From: an uncultured cyanobacterium | GTDB taxonomy: Bacteria; Cyanobacteriota; Cyanobacteriia; CAKZMO01 | DNA length: 64,000 bases | Reading direction: 5' to 3' | NCBI GenBank assembly: GCA_963719515.1 | Contig: CAVRCJ010000003.1 | Coordinates: 192,001-256,000 of the forward strand | Shown here: one piece after another, positions 21,855 to 31,418 of the stretch | Layout of the letters: the number at the start of each line of letters is the position of its first letter | Numbering within the stretch: the first letter of the stretch is position 1 | The notes under the pieces: model-generated | The model's database searches: none | What the model saw: only the letters and a program-made list of their open reading frames with translations | What the model was told of the DNA's origin: nothing | Translations under genes and position numbers: made by a program

Positions 21855-23315
21855 CTACGCCGCCAACGCCTGCGCCAGCCGCTGGACTCCCTCCACTATC
21901 TGCGCCTCATCTAGCTCAGCGTAGCCAAAGATGAACTCCCCGCTGCTCGGCGTGGCTAGGTAGTAGTCTCGGGCACTAGTCAAGCCAACCCCTCGCCGCT
22001 GCGCCCTTTGAATCACGACTTCGTCGGGTAGCCCGGTCTCTAGCTTTACCATCAGATGAATACCCGCATTCTCGCCCAAAATAGTCACCCGCGAGCCTAA
22101 GCAGCGCTTTAGGGCACCCACCAGAGCTTGGCGGTGCCGGTCGTAGCGGTGGCGCATCCGGCGAATGTGGGCCTCAAAGTGTCCTTCAGTAATGAAGTCG
22201 GTGAGTGCATATTGCTCCAAAAGCGGCGAGTAGCGATCGCATAGCCCCTTGGCCCGTCTCACGAGGGGCACCCAAGCGGGGGGAACAACGAGATAGCCCA
22301 TGCGCAGCGACGGAAACAGCACCTTGGAGAAGGTGCCCACATAGAGGACCACGTTTGCCTGGTCGAGGCCCTGCAGCGCCGGCACCGGGCGACCGCTGTA
22401 GCGGTATTCGCTGTCGTAGTCGTCTTCGAGGATCAGTGTGCCCTGCTGCTGGGCCCACTGAAGCAGAGACAGTCGGCGAGATAGGGATAGGGTGACTCCC
22501 GTGGGGAACTGGTGGGACGGGGTGACGTAGAGCAGCTTAAATGTCTGCGGAGACTGCCTGAGGGCGTCTACTTCTATCCCCTGTGAATCGACGGGTATAC
22601 CCTGCAGGTTAGCGCCCTGCTGCTGAAAGCAGTGACGTGCTCCCCGGTAGCCCGGATCTTCCATCGCCACCCAGTCCCCCCGGTTGACGGTCAGCCGCGT
22701 AATCAGGTCTAGGGCTTGCTGAGACCCGCTCACGATAATCACCTGCTCTGCATAACACTGCACCGCCCGACAGCGGCCTAAATAGTCTGCGATCGCTGCC
22801 CTGAGGGGCATATATCCGGCTGCATCGGCGCTGTAGTTCAGCAGGGCGGCGGTTTTCTGGCAATGGCGGGACAGCAAGCGCCGCCACAGCGCCATGGGGA
22901 ATTGCTCAGCCGCAGGGCTTCCGTAGCGGAAGCTGATGTCATCCTCAGGTTCCCCTACCGCTAGCGGGCCGGCTGTCAGCAGGCCGGTACCAAAATGAGA
23001 CAGCCTAATCGGCCCAGCCTGTGGCGATCTTCCCCCGGCGAGCTGCTCAGGCTGCAGGTAGTCTTCCGGCAGCCGAGAGCTGACAAACGTTCCGGAGCCG
23101 CGCCGAGTCTCGAAGTACCCTTCGCTCAGCAGTAGCTCATAGCTTTGGGTGACCGTGGTCCGCGAGAGTTCTAGGGACTTTGCTAGGGTGCGGGACGGCG
23201 GTAGCTTTTGGCTGGGTTTTAGCCGCTTCTGCAATACCGCGCGGCGCAGCGCAGCGGCCAGCTGCTGATACAGCGGGGTGCTGGACGCACTGTCTAGGGA
23301 AATGGCGAGGTCCAT
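21855..23315 (-). CDS. MocR/GabR (PdxR-like) GntR-family regulator with PLP-aminotransferase domain
   Basis: PLYQQL..KLPPSRTLA, GSGTFV, GSQQAL, YVTPSHQFPTG, EDDYDSEYR, GTFSKVLFPSLRMGY. Confidence 0.95.
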   Translation of the reverse strand: MDLAISLDSASSTPLYQQLAAALRRAVLQKRLKPSQKLPPSRTLAKSLELSRTTVTQSYELLLSEGYFETRRGSGTFVSSRLPEDYLQPEQLAGGRSPQAGPIRLSHFGTGLLTAGPLAVGEPEDDISFRYGSPAAEQFPMALWRRLLSRHCQKTAALLNYSADAAGYMPLRAAIADYLGRCRAVQCYAEQVIIVSGSQQALDLITRLTVNRGDWVAMEDPGYRGARHCFQQQGANLQGIPVDSQGIEVDALRQSPQTFKLLYVTPSHQFPTGVTLSLSRRLSLLQWAQQQGTLILEDDYDSEYRYSGRPVPALQGLDQANVVLYVGTFSKVLFPSLRMGYLVVPPAWVPLVRRAKGLCDRYSPLLEQYALTDFITEGHFEAHIRRMRHRYDRHRQALVGALKRCLGSRVTILGENAGIHLMVKLETGLPDEVVIQRAQRRGVGLTSARDYYLATPSSGEFIFGYAELDEAQIVEGVQRLAQALAA

Positions 23316-23324
23316 TAGGGCTTT

Positions 23325-23372
23325 AATTGGACTGATATAAAAAGCATAAATTGGCTATTGAGTAAGACCAAT
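23325..23372. promoter_or_regulatory. Putative MocR-family operator (AATTGG x2 direct plus inverted CCAAT)
   Basis: AATTGG at 23325 and 23349, CCAAT at 23368, in the divergent intergenic region. Confidence 0.6.
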
Positions 23373-23513
23373 CTAACCTTTACAGTAGCGCCAGTATGCA
23401 TTGTGTAGGGATATAGCGCTGCCATGGCTCTACCGCCTGACTTTGGGTTTATCCAATGCAGCGACATACCTCGATTCAGCGATACCACCCTCAAACCAAA
23501 AAGGATGGATTTT

Positions 23514-24176
23514 ATGTCTAGCGCAGACCTTCAGACCACCGACCGCAGCACCCTCAAAACCCGCTCCCGGCGCGGACATATCGACCGGGCGCTCATTAAC
23601 CAAATTCTAGACGAAGCTCTCGTAGTCCACGCGGGCTTTGTGGTTGACGCTCAGCCCTTCGTCATTCCCATGGCCTATGGGCGAGACGGCGATCGCCTCT
23701 ACCTCCATGGGTCAACGGCGAGCCGGATGCTGAAAACCCTGGAAGAAGGGGTTGAGATGTGTGTTACCGCAACGCTGCTCGACGGCATTGTGCTGGCGCG
23801 ATCGCTCTTTCATCACTCCATGAACTACCGCTCGGTGGTGCTGTTTGGTCGGGCCACCCTCGTCGACGCTGCAGATGAGAAAAATCGTGCCCTTGAGGTG
23901 CTGTCGGAGCATATCGTCCCTGGGCGTTGCGAGCAGGCCCGCAGCGCTACTCTTCAAGAAATTAAGGCGACGAGCGTGCTGACGTTTCCGATTGAAGAGG
24001 GGTCCGCCAAAATCCGTAGCGGTGAGCCGGTGGACGCTGCAGAAGATTACGCGCTGCCGGTTTGGGCGGGACAGCTGCCGCTCACGGTAACGGCGGGAGA
24101 GCCCATTCCCGATTCTAAGCTGCCTGCTGGCATTCCCGTCCCTGAGAACGTGACGCACTATCGCCGGGGGGTCTGA
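23514..24176 (+). CDS. Pyridoxamine 5'-phosphate oxidase-like / NimA-family flavin-binding protein
   Basis: PFVIPMAYGR, LYLHGS..SRM, DGIVLARS.FHHSMNYRSVV.FG, SAKIRSG.P.D, VWAG. Confidence 0.92.
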   Translation: MSSADLQTTDRSTLKTRSRRGHIDRALINQILDEALVVHAGFVVDAQPFVIPMAYGRDGDRLYLHGSTASRMLKTLEEGVEMCVTATLLDGIVLARSLFHHSMNYRSVVLFGRATLVDAADEKNRALEVLSEHIVPGRCEQARSATLQEIKATSVLTFPIEEGSAKIRSGEPVDAAEDYALPVWAGQLPLTVTAGEPIPDSKLPAGIPVPENVTHYRRGV

Positions 24177-24334
24177 GGGTTGAGCGATCTGGTAGGCGCT
24201 ACGCCCACTTCCTCAACACTCAACCGCTCGCCTCCTGCTGCACATGGGGTGAAGATTACCCATGAGGAAGGGGAGGTACTGTTTTACCTGATGCGGCTGC
24301 GCTCCCTGGACGTAGCCCAGTAATCACGCGCCCG

Positions 24335-24387
24335 TATTCCATGGCCTTTGGCGCAAGTCTGCCTTTGGGACAAAGGCCATGGGGATA
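24335..24387. terminator. Long inverted repeat between convergent genes
   Basis: TATTCCATGGCCTTTG-N20-CAAAGGCCATGGGGATA with a 12-bp perfect core. Confidence 0.6.
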
Positions 24388-24450
24388 GACCGTACCCACC
24401 CGGCTCACCCCCCGCTCTGCAAGCCTCCACCTCCCGGTTTCAGCCTTACG

Positions 24451-24947
24451 CTACAGCAGCTCTTCCCCATAAAGGGTCATGGCTTTGTGGAGCGGTACCT
24501 TCTCCGCTTGCGCAGACACCGAGATATAGATGCCAATCAGCACAACCGCAAACGCCATCCAGTTGAGTACGCTCAAGGTCTCGCCAAAAACCACCATTGC
24601 CACCATTGCCGCTACCACCGGAATCAGCAGCATCGACACCGACACCAAGCTCGCCGAAAAAGCCTTCAGGCAGTAAGTCAAGAGCCCCTCTCCCATCACC
24701 TGAGACAAAACGGCAAGGGCCACAACAGCCGCCCATCCCACCGCCGCGCGGAAGAATCGAGTCCTGCCGCGCCCGCAGAACGCCGAGCAGGACGCCGCTG
24801 CCGATGAAACTTGTCCACATCATGATCCAAATCGCGTCGAATCGCTTGCGGAGCTGCTGCACACAGAGAATATTTATCGCAAACAGCATCGCTGCAGTAA
24901 AGCGGCTCCATCGCCCATCAGACCCTCTGTCACCTGTAGGTCTTGGG
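24451..24947 (-). pseudogene. EamA/DMT transporter remnant (C-terminal half, two frameshifts)
   Basis: QDLQVTEGLMGDGAAL / AAMLFAINILCVQQLRKRF..MMWT / GWAAVVALAVLSQVMGEGLLTY..LLIPV..FGETLS spread over changing frames; 5' half absent. Confidence 0.8.
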
Positions 24948-24963
24948 AGCATTAGTGTTGGCA

Positions 24964-25554
24964 TTAGCGCATATTGCGCTTCAGGTTTTCAAGCTCTTCC
25001 TCCGTTTCCCAGTCTTTGAACGACTGCTCAAGGGGGTCGAAGCTGCTAGCCGTGTTGGCCTTTTCCCCGAAAGAATAGCCCGCAGGCTGCGACCATCCCG
25101 GCGTTTGCGAAGACTGGGCTTTTGACGCCGCCCGCGCCGCCTCCGCCTGCTGCAGCTTCTCTTTTAGTTCGCGGCGGCGCTCCTGGGTGCGCTGCGCAAG
25201 CTCCTTCGACTGGGCAATGCGCTGCTGCACCCCTTTCATTTGGCCCCAGAGCTGGTTTCCCTGGCGCAGCAGCGTAGCTTCCCTCGTCTCGGCAGCGCTG
25301 GCCAAGTCTGTTCGCCCTGCCGCCCTGGCCTTTTGCACCCGCTCGTGCCAGCGCTGCACCTCTTGCGCGGTAGCAAGAATCTCGTTTTGCAGCTGTTTCT
25401 CGCGCCCCTGGAAGCTGGCAATCAGGCGTAGGGTTTCTGCCTCCTGCTCCCGCAGCTGCTCGTCGAGCGCCTGTAGCTCAAGGTGTGGATTGTTGCGCAG
25501 AAATTCTTCCAGCCGCGTTTCTAAAAAACGGCTCAGGTCTTCAAATAGGCCCAT
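24964..25554 (-). CDS. TIGR04376-family PspA/Vipp1-like coiled-coil protein
   Basis: MGLFEDLSRFLETRLEEFLRNNPHLELQAL, WHERV.KA..AGR.DLA, GNQLWGQM, DPLEQ.F..WE.EEEL..LK. Confidence 0.9.
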   Translation of the reverse strand: MGLFEDLSRFLETRLEEFLRNNPHLELQALDEQLREQEAETLRLIASFQGREKQLQNEILATAQEVQRWHERVQKARAAGRTDLASAAETREATLLRQGNQLWGQMKGVQQRIAQSKELAQRTQERRRELKEKLQQAEAARAASKAQSSQTPGWSQPAGYSFGEKANTASSFDPLEQSFKDWETEEELENLKRNMR

Positions 25555-25631
25555 CAGGAGTGTTAAACCTCGTCTAGGTCGGAGCGTGAAGCGCCCTCCT
25601 CGGGGGCTCCAGGTTTGAAAACGGTTTCAGT

Positions 25632-26810
25632 CTAAATGCGTTGACCGATATAGATAGAGCGTACCTCACCATTGCGGCGGATGATCGCCTCATCTTGAGA
25701 CACCGACACCAGACTCCAGCCGCTGCTGCCGATCGCTTCCCCGGTGCGCACGCGGCGGGCACCGTCATCAAACTCGAAAATGGCGGCAGAGCGATCGCCC
25801 AGCTGGAGTAAGCCGACCAGCACGTGGGGCGAGGGCAAAATATTGGGGATGACGGTCTCTTCGGGAGCGGCTGCCGTGGGTGCGGGTGCGGGCTGCGTCT
25901 GGGGCGCGGGAGCTACAGGGGCAGGAGCCGCAGGGGCGGCGGGCGCAGGCGCGACGGGGACAGGGGGGGCAACGACGACAGGGGCAGGCGCAGTGGGCTG
26001 AGGGGCGAGCCGGATCGGCGCCGTCTGTACCGGAGCAGGTGAGAGGGGGCGCGGCGGGGCAGCCGCTATAGGGACGCTGGGAAGGGGCAGCAGCCCCGAG
26101 CTAGAGGCTCTCTCGAAGGGGTTGACGGACAAGATTGAGGAGGAGCCCGGTACCGGCAGCTTGCCGTCTTCAGCGTCGCTGGGGGTCTGCCGCTCGATGG
26201 TCTCCAGAGACTGATCGAGGTAGGTCATAAACTCCTCGTCTTCCGAGGAGGGGGCAGGCGCGGCATCGGGTTGGGCCCCGAAGAGGGGAGTGGTTTGCCG
26301 TCCGCTCAGCACAATGCCCAGCGCTAGCCCTAGCCCCAGGCACAGCCCAATGGCGATCGCCGGGAAAAGCCCCCACAGCATCACCAAAGAATTTAGGGGA
26401 GCCGGGCTGTCGGTAGCCGCCGAGCGGTGAGGCGGCGCTGGCATAAAAACGTTAGTCGTAAACGAAGGGCCCTCACCGGGGAAGCCGCCTCTTTGCGGTA
26501 GGGCTGCCCCATCGAGTAGAGAGTCGACATCTTCAAAAACTTCGTCGATGACCCGGAGGGCAGAGGCTTCCAGCGCCGTGCTGTCGACATGCTTAACAAT
26601 GCCGCTTTGGCGGGGCGGCGGGGGCGGCGGAACTGCCCGCGGGGCGGCAGCTCTCTCTGAGGCTGAGGGCTGGGACGCTGACGAGTGATTGCCCCGCGCT
26701 GTTGAGGATGACGCTGGGGGTGACGCTGGTGCGTCGGTATGTGCCTCACCTGCGGCATAGAGCGTTAGCGCAGAGGAGTCGTGAGATTGTCGGTTAGCAT
26801 CCTGGGGCAT
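25632..26810 (-). CDS. Conserved bitopic membrane protein with Pro-rich linker and C-terminal GspC/PilP-like beta domain
   Basis: Single TM segment; EFMTYLDQSLETI; C-terminal LVGLLQLGDRSAAIFE..RVRTGEAIGSSGWSLVSV..AIIRRNGE. Confidence 0.75.
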   Translation of the reverse strand: MPQDANRQSHDSSALTLYAAGEAHTDAPASPPASSSTARGNHSSASQPSASERAAAPRAVPPPPPPRQSGIVKHVDSTALEASALRVIDEVFEDVDSLLDGAALPQRGGFPGEGPSFTTNVFMPAPPHRSAATDSPAPLNSLVMLWGLFPAIAIGLCLGLGLALGIVLSGRQTTPLFGAQPDAAPAPSSEDEEFMTYLDQSLETIERQTPSDAEDGKLPVPGSSSILSVNPFERASSSGLLPLPSVPIAAAPPRPLSPAPVQTAPIRLAPQPTAPAPVVVAPPVPVAPAPAAPAAPAPVAPAPQTQPAPAPTAAAPEETVIPNILPSPHVLVGLLQLGDRSAAIFEFDDGARRVRTGEAIGSSGWSLVSVSQDEAIIRRNGEVRSIYIGQRI

Positions 26811-26890
26811 CGGTTCTTTGGTTACAGCTATGACGTCGCTAAGGTTAAAGGGTCACTCGCGTTTGCTATTCACCCATGGGTGACCCAACG

Positions 26891-28819
26891 TTAAGATGCA
26901 GCACCTGACATTAGGGTCGATTTTACCCCACGGCGACTGCGAACTTCGAGGTAGACCAACAGAGCATTGATGTCGGCAGGGTTGACCCCGCCGATGCGGG
27001 TCGCCTGCCCCACGGTGAGGGGCTTGACCTGCATGAGCTTCTCCCGCGACTCCTTAGACAGGGTCTCAATGCCGTTGTAGTCGAGATCTTGGGGGAGGGG
27101 GCGGTTTGCCTGGCGGCTGACCTGGTCAATGTGGTTTTGCTGCCGCTGGATGTACCCGGAGTATTTAATATCGATTTCGGCCCCTTCCCGTTCGGCGGTA
27201 GCCAAACTTGGGTCACCCAACCCATGCTGAATCAGGTGGGCGTAGTGAAACCCAGGGCGGCGCAGCAGTTCGGCTAGGGTTGCTGACCCTTTGATGCGCT
27301 GCTTCATTTGAGCGGCGATCGCCTCCCCCACTGCCTCGTGCTCTTTCACCCGCGTGGTCTCTAGCCGGGCTTTCTCAGCAACGATGTTGGCCTGCTTGCG
27401 CTCGAATAGATCCCAGCGGCGATCGTCGATTAGCCCCAGCTTCCGCCCTAGAGGGGTGAGCCGCTGATCGGCGTTGTCGGACCGCAAAAGCAGCCGGTAT
27501 TCTGAGCGGGAGGTGAGCATGCGGTAGGGCTCCCGCAGGTCTTTGGTGCAGAGGTCGTCCAGCAGGGTGCCGAGGTAGCTCTGCTCGCGCGGAAAAACCT
27601 GCATCGCCTGACCCTGCACAAAGCGGGCGGCGTTGATGCCCGCCACGATGCCCTGGGCGGCGGCCTCTTCATACCCCGTGGTGCCGTTCACCTGCCCCGC
27701 CGCAAATAGCCCCTCCACTCGCTTAGTCATCATCGTGGGGTAGCACTGGGTTGCGGGCAGGTAATCGTATTCCACCGCGTAGGCCGGACGCATCATCCGG
27801 CAGTTCTCCAGGCCGGGGAGCGATCGCAGCATTTGCAGCTGCAGAGATTCGGGCAGGCCCGTAGAAAAGCCCTGAATGTAGAGTTCTGGGATGTCGCGCC
27901 CTTCAGGCTCGATAAAGATTTGGTGAGACTCCTTATCGGCAAAGCGGACGATTTTGTCCTCAATGCTGGGGCAGTAGCGCGGCCCCTTAGAGTCGACCCA
28001 GCCGCCGTAGATGGGCGATAGGTGCAGATTGTCGCGAATCAGCTTGTGGGTTTCAGGGGTAGTGCGGGTTAAGTAGCAGTTCATCTGCTCTTGCTCGACC
28101 CAGGCTTCGGGGTCAAAGCTAAACCAGCGTACCGTTTCGTCAGGAGGTTGGGGCTCCAGGTGGGTGTAGTCTACGGTGCGGCGGTCCACGCGGGCAGGCG
28201 TGCCGGTCTTTAGCCGCCCGGTTTCAAAGCCCAAGCGGTTGAGGGTCTCCGTCAGCCCCACCGCCGCGAACTCTCCGGCGCGGCCAGCGGGCATCGACTT
28301 ATTGCCCACCCAAATGGTGCCGCCTAAAAAGGTGCCGGTGGTAAGGATGACGCTGCGGCAGCGGAACGCCGCCCCAAAGTAGGTCTCAACGCCCAGCACT
28401 TCCTCGTTTGAACCCAGCACTAGGTCCGTCACCATCCCCTCACGCACCACCAGGTTCTCTTGCCCTTCCACCACCTCGCGCATCACCCGAGCGTACTGTC
28501 GCTTGTCGGTTTGCGCCCTCAAGGCCCAGACGGCAGGGCCGCGGGAGAGGTTGAGCACCCGCTTTTGCAGGTAGGTGCGGTCGGCCATCTTGCCGATTTC
28601 CCCCCCCAGGGCGTCAACCTCATGAGTAAGCTGAGACTTGGCAGGTCCGCCCACCGCAGGATTGCAGGGTTGCCAGCCGATGCGATCGAGATTGAGGGTC
28701 AGCATCAGCGTATGACATCCCAGACGAGCAGACGCCAGCGCCGCTTCGCACCCCGAGTGACCCGCGCCGATGACAACGACGTCAAATTCTTCTTGAAAGT
28801 CTAGCTTGGGTGCAGTCAT
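26891..28819 (-). CDS. mnmG: tRNA uridine-5-carboxymethylaminomethyl(34) synthesis enzyme MnmG (GidA)
   Basis: [71 protein letters not shown]. Confidence 0.98.
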   Translation of the reverse strand: MTAPKLDFQEEFDVVVIGAGHSGCEAALASARLGCHTLMLTLNLDRIGWQPCNPAVGGPAKSQLTHEVDALGGEIGKMADRTYLQKRVLNLSRGPAVWALRAQTDKRQYARVMREVVEGQENLVVREGMVTDLVLGSNEEVLGVETYFGAAFRCRSVILTTGTFLGGTIWVGNKSMPAGRAGEFAAVGLTETLNRLGFETGRLKTGTPARVDRRTVDYTHLEPQPPDETVRWFSFDPEAWVEQEQMNCYLTRTTPETHKLIRDNLHLSPIYGGWVDSKGPRYCPSIEDKIVRFADKESHQIFIEPEGRDIPELYIQGFSTGLPESLQLQMLRSLPGLENCRMMRPAYAVEYDYLPATQCYPTMMTKRVEGLFAAGQVNGTTGYEEAAAQGIVAGINAARFVQGQAMQVFPREQSYLGTLLDDLCTKDLREPYRMLTSRSEYRLLLRSDNADQRLTPLGRKLGLIDDRRWDLFERKQANIVAEKARLETTRVKEHEAVGEAIAAQMKQRIKGSATLAELLRRPGFHYAHLIQHGLGDPSLATAEREGAEIDIKYSGYIQRQQNHIDQVSRQANRPLPQDLDYNGIETLSKESREKLMQVKPLTVGQATRIGGVNPADINALLVYLEVRSRRGVKSTLMSGAAS

Positions 28820-28934
28820 GCCTGGCTCTCGTATCACAATAGCAGTCCAGCAAAGCGGCGCTGGGCATCGCTAAAGCGACTGGGCGCGGCCCGCTGAGAC
28901 ATCCCTCCATCGTAGATCAAACCGCTTGAGGCCG

Positions 28935-29714
28935 TTAGGCCTGCTGAGAGCCCGACATAATTTGCTGGAGTGAGCTGAGTCCCTTCTTGAGGCGGCGAGA
29001 CACGGTCACGACGCTGACGCCGAGGCGCTCCGCCGTCTCCCTTTGGGTGAGGTCATGCAAAAAGACAAATTCTAAAATCTGGCGCGTTCGGTTCTCAAGC
29101 TGCACCATGCCCTGCTGCAGGCGAATGCGGTCTTCTTGAGCCAGCTGAAAGCTGCGGTAGCGGGCGTCGGGAATCAAGTCCCCCAGACTAGTCGCCCCCT
29201 CCTCTTCGTCGTAGGCGGGTGCATCGAGGCTGAGGGGCGACCGGTTCCGGTAGGAGAGCTTCACCTCTTGCCACTCTTCAATAGAGACCTCGAGGGCTGC
29301 TGCTAGCTCTAGGTCGGTGGGCTGCCGGTTAAGCTGACTCCGCAGCTCGCGGGCTTTAACCGTAGCTTTGTGCTGCAGCGCCTGCCAGCGGCGGGGAATC
29401 CGGATCGTGCAGCCTTTGTCTCTGAGGTAATGCTGAATCTCGCCGCGAATGTAGGGCAGCGCGAACGAGCTAAAGGCGTTGCCCTTGGAGATGTCAAACC
29501 GCTCAATAGCGTTAATCAGCCCTAGACTACCCACCTGCACCAAGTCATCGTAAGACTCGCTGCATTGATTGATCCAGTGATAGGCTTCACGGCGCACTAG
29601 GCCATAGTTGAGCTGAACCAGCTGGTTTCTCAACGCGCAAGAGGGCGATCGCCGGTACTCTGAGAGCAGCACCAGACTCTGGCTACGGACTGTCGTTTTT
29701 TCTGTAGTTACCAT
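28935..29714 (-). CDS. sigF: RNA polymerase sigma factor SigF
   Basis: RNQLVQLNYGLVR, DLVQVGSLGL, PYIRGEIQHYLRDK, YRSFQLAQEDRIRL, DLTQRETAE. Confidence 0.93.
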   Translation of the reverse strand: MVTTEKTTVRSQSLVLLSEYRRSPSCALRNQLVQLNYGLVRREAYHWINQCSESYDDLVQVGSLGLINAIERFDISKGNAFSSFALPYIRGEIQHYLRDKGCTIRIPRRWQALQHKATVKARELRSQLNRQPTDLELAAALEVSIEEWQEVKLSYRNRSPLSLDAPAYDEEEGATSLGDLIPDARYRSFQLAQEDRIRLQQGMVQLENRTRQILEFVFLHDLTQRETAERLGVSVVTVSRRLKKGLSSLQQIMSGSQQA

Positions 29715-30113
29715 AGGGTAGAGCGGAGTAGCTGCACAGAGGGAATGCGATGATGACGCTTGGCCATCTCTAGGCCTGTCTGACTGAATTCTGTTGGGGG
29801 TTCTCCTGGTCGATGCTGCCGCTGATTTGGCGACCAGCAGGACGCAGTTGTTCTATATTCTAGACGCTAGTTCCGTAAAATTACCGATTTCAACATTGAA
29901 CCGCAAACGCAATCAGATATCTCTGGGATGTCAGGAAACTTCACGGAAAGTTTATTCCAGCCTGTCGGGTTTACTCAATATGGACCCCCTGGATCTAGAA
30001 TCACGAGTCTATAGAACCCAAGTGACAGCCTATTGTTCCCAAACTTTAAAGAGATTTTCAACTTCTAAGAAGAAGTTTGGAATTATCTGCACAATTGGTG
30101 CCGCCCTCGCAAT

Positions 30114-31076
30114 ATGAGCTATAATCTCCCACCGGTTTGGCAGCAAGAGCTGCAGGACATTCTACGGGGCGCTTCGGGGGGATTCTTGTTTGGCATTCCG
30201 CTGCTCTACACCGTCGAGGTGTGGTCTATTGGGTCCGCTGCCGCCGCCCCGCAGCTGCTGTCGGTGCTGGGTGCGACGTTCATGGTGGTGCTGCTGCTCA
30301 CCCAAGCGGTGGGGTTCCGGCGCACCCTGACGCTGAATCCGGTGGATGCTCTGCTGGAGAGCGTCGAAGCGCTGGGAATTGGCGTCATCTGTGCGGCGAT
30401 CGCCCTGGTGCTGCTGCGGCGCGTCACCCTAGACACTCCCCTGAGTGAAACCCTAGGCAAGCTTGTGTTTGAAGGCGTACCCTTTTCCCTAGGGGTGGCG
30501 CTGGCCCGCTCTACGCTCACCCAGCGGGGGGAGGCTCGTACAACGTCCGGCCGCCTCGCACTGGGGCCATCAGACGAGACGCTGCCTTCTATGGCCCAGT
30601 CTTCTATACCTCAGCCTTCTATGGCCCAGCCCTCCGCGCCTCAGGCTGTGCTACTGGCCTCTGCCGCCTCTTCCCTCAGCCTCAGTGAAACGCTGATCGA
30701 CCTAGACGCCACCCTGCTGGGGGCGATCTTGATTGCCTTTAGCATTGCTCCTACAGAGGAGATTCCCATCCTGGCGGCGGCAATTCCTCCCCTATGGCTA
30801 CTGCTGATTATGGCGGCGTCCTTGGTGCTCTCCTATATGATTGTGTTTGCCTCCGGCTTTGCCGACCGCTGGGAGCGGCAGCAGCGGGGTCTTCTCCTAG
30901 GTCCGGGAACAGAAACCCTGGTGGCCTACCTGGTGGCGCTGGCGGCGTCGGTGGTAATGCTCATTTTCTTTCAGCAGCTCAACCTACAGACGCCCTGGCA
31001 GGAGTGGCTGAGCAATGCAGTAGTGCTGGGACTCCCGGCGTCGGTGGGCGGAGCCGCTGGGCGAATCTTGCGCTGA
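30114..31076 (+). CDS. TIGR02587-family (DUF2391) membrane protein
   Basis: GASGGFLFGIPLLYTVEVW, IAPTEEI, VLGLPASVGGAAGR. Confidence 0.88.
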   Translation: MSYNLPPVWQQELQDILRGASGGFLFGIPLLYTVEVWSIGSAAAAPQLLSVLGATFMVVLLLTQAVGFRRTLTLNPVDALLESVEALGIGVICAAIALVLLRRVTLDTPLSETLGKLVFEGVPFSLGVALARSTLTQRGEARTTSGRLALGPSDETLPSMAQSSIPQPSMAQPSAPQAVLLASAASSLSLSETLIDLDATLLGAILIAFSIAPTEEIPILAAAIPPLWLLLIMAASLVLSYMIVFASGFADRWERQQRGLLLGPGTETLVAYLVALAASVVMLIFFQQLNLQTPWQEWLSNAVVLGLPASVGGAAGRILR

Positions 31077-31081
31077 GTTTG

Positions 31082-31112
31082 TTTTGACAGCAAAATCTCG
31101 CAGCTGTCAAAA
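31082..31112. terminator. Bidirectional terminator hairpin
   Basis: TTTTGACAGC-N11-GCTGTCAAAA between convergent genes. Confidence 0.7.
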
Positions 31113-31280
31113 ACGCCTGAAGTCTTTCAAAAATTGGAGGGTCGCTTTTGATGACCAGTCAACAACGGAGCCGCGCAAAGCCACTTTGTGGCCGCGAGAG
31201 GTGCCAAATAGACCTGAATCAGCGGTCTCAATAGTGGTGTAGATCTCGAAGGGAATGCTGCGATAGGTGAGTTTCGTCAT
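31107..31280 (-). CDS. Small DUF4278-like protein (57 aa)
   Basis: MTKLTYRSIPFE...G..G.SRG resembles the MxLxYRG...GxYRG pattern. Confidence 0.6.
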   Translation of the reverse strand: MTKLTYRSIPFEIYTTIETADSGLFGTSRGHKVALRGSVVDWSSKATLQFLKDFRRF

Positions 31281-31361
31281 GACCTGGGGGAACTTGCTTA
31301 GAAGGCAGGGAAGCGGCGCTCGCGCTCTCAATGACCTTATTGTTACAAGCCCCCCCGGCAG

Positions 31362-31418
31362 AAAAAACCCCGAAGAGTTGAGGTTTATTCAGGAGTCGCT
31401 TAAGGTTTGTTCAGGAGT
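31362..31418 (-). terminator. Terminator for the repeat-protein gene, preceded by a 16-bp direct repeat
   Basis: Minus strand AAACCTC-AACTCTTC-GGGGTTTTTT; ACTCCTGAA(C/T)AAACCT occurs twice with a 22-bp period. Confidence 0.55.

Noticed and set aside
24379..25019. Plus-strand His/Arg-rich ORFs (142 and 140 aa)
   Set aside because: Antisense shadows of the DMT remnant.
29794..30117. 107-aa ORF between sigF and TIGR02587
   Set aside because: TTG start, atypical composition, spans the divergent promoter region, no recognisable motif.
31281..31418. Glutamine riboswitch upstream of the DUF4278-like ORF
   Set aside because: The conserved CGTT...GGAAGT...GAAGGAACG-type core is not visible; only a terminator and a direct repeat are present.
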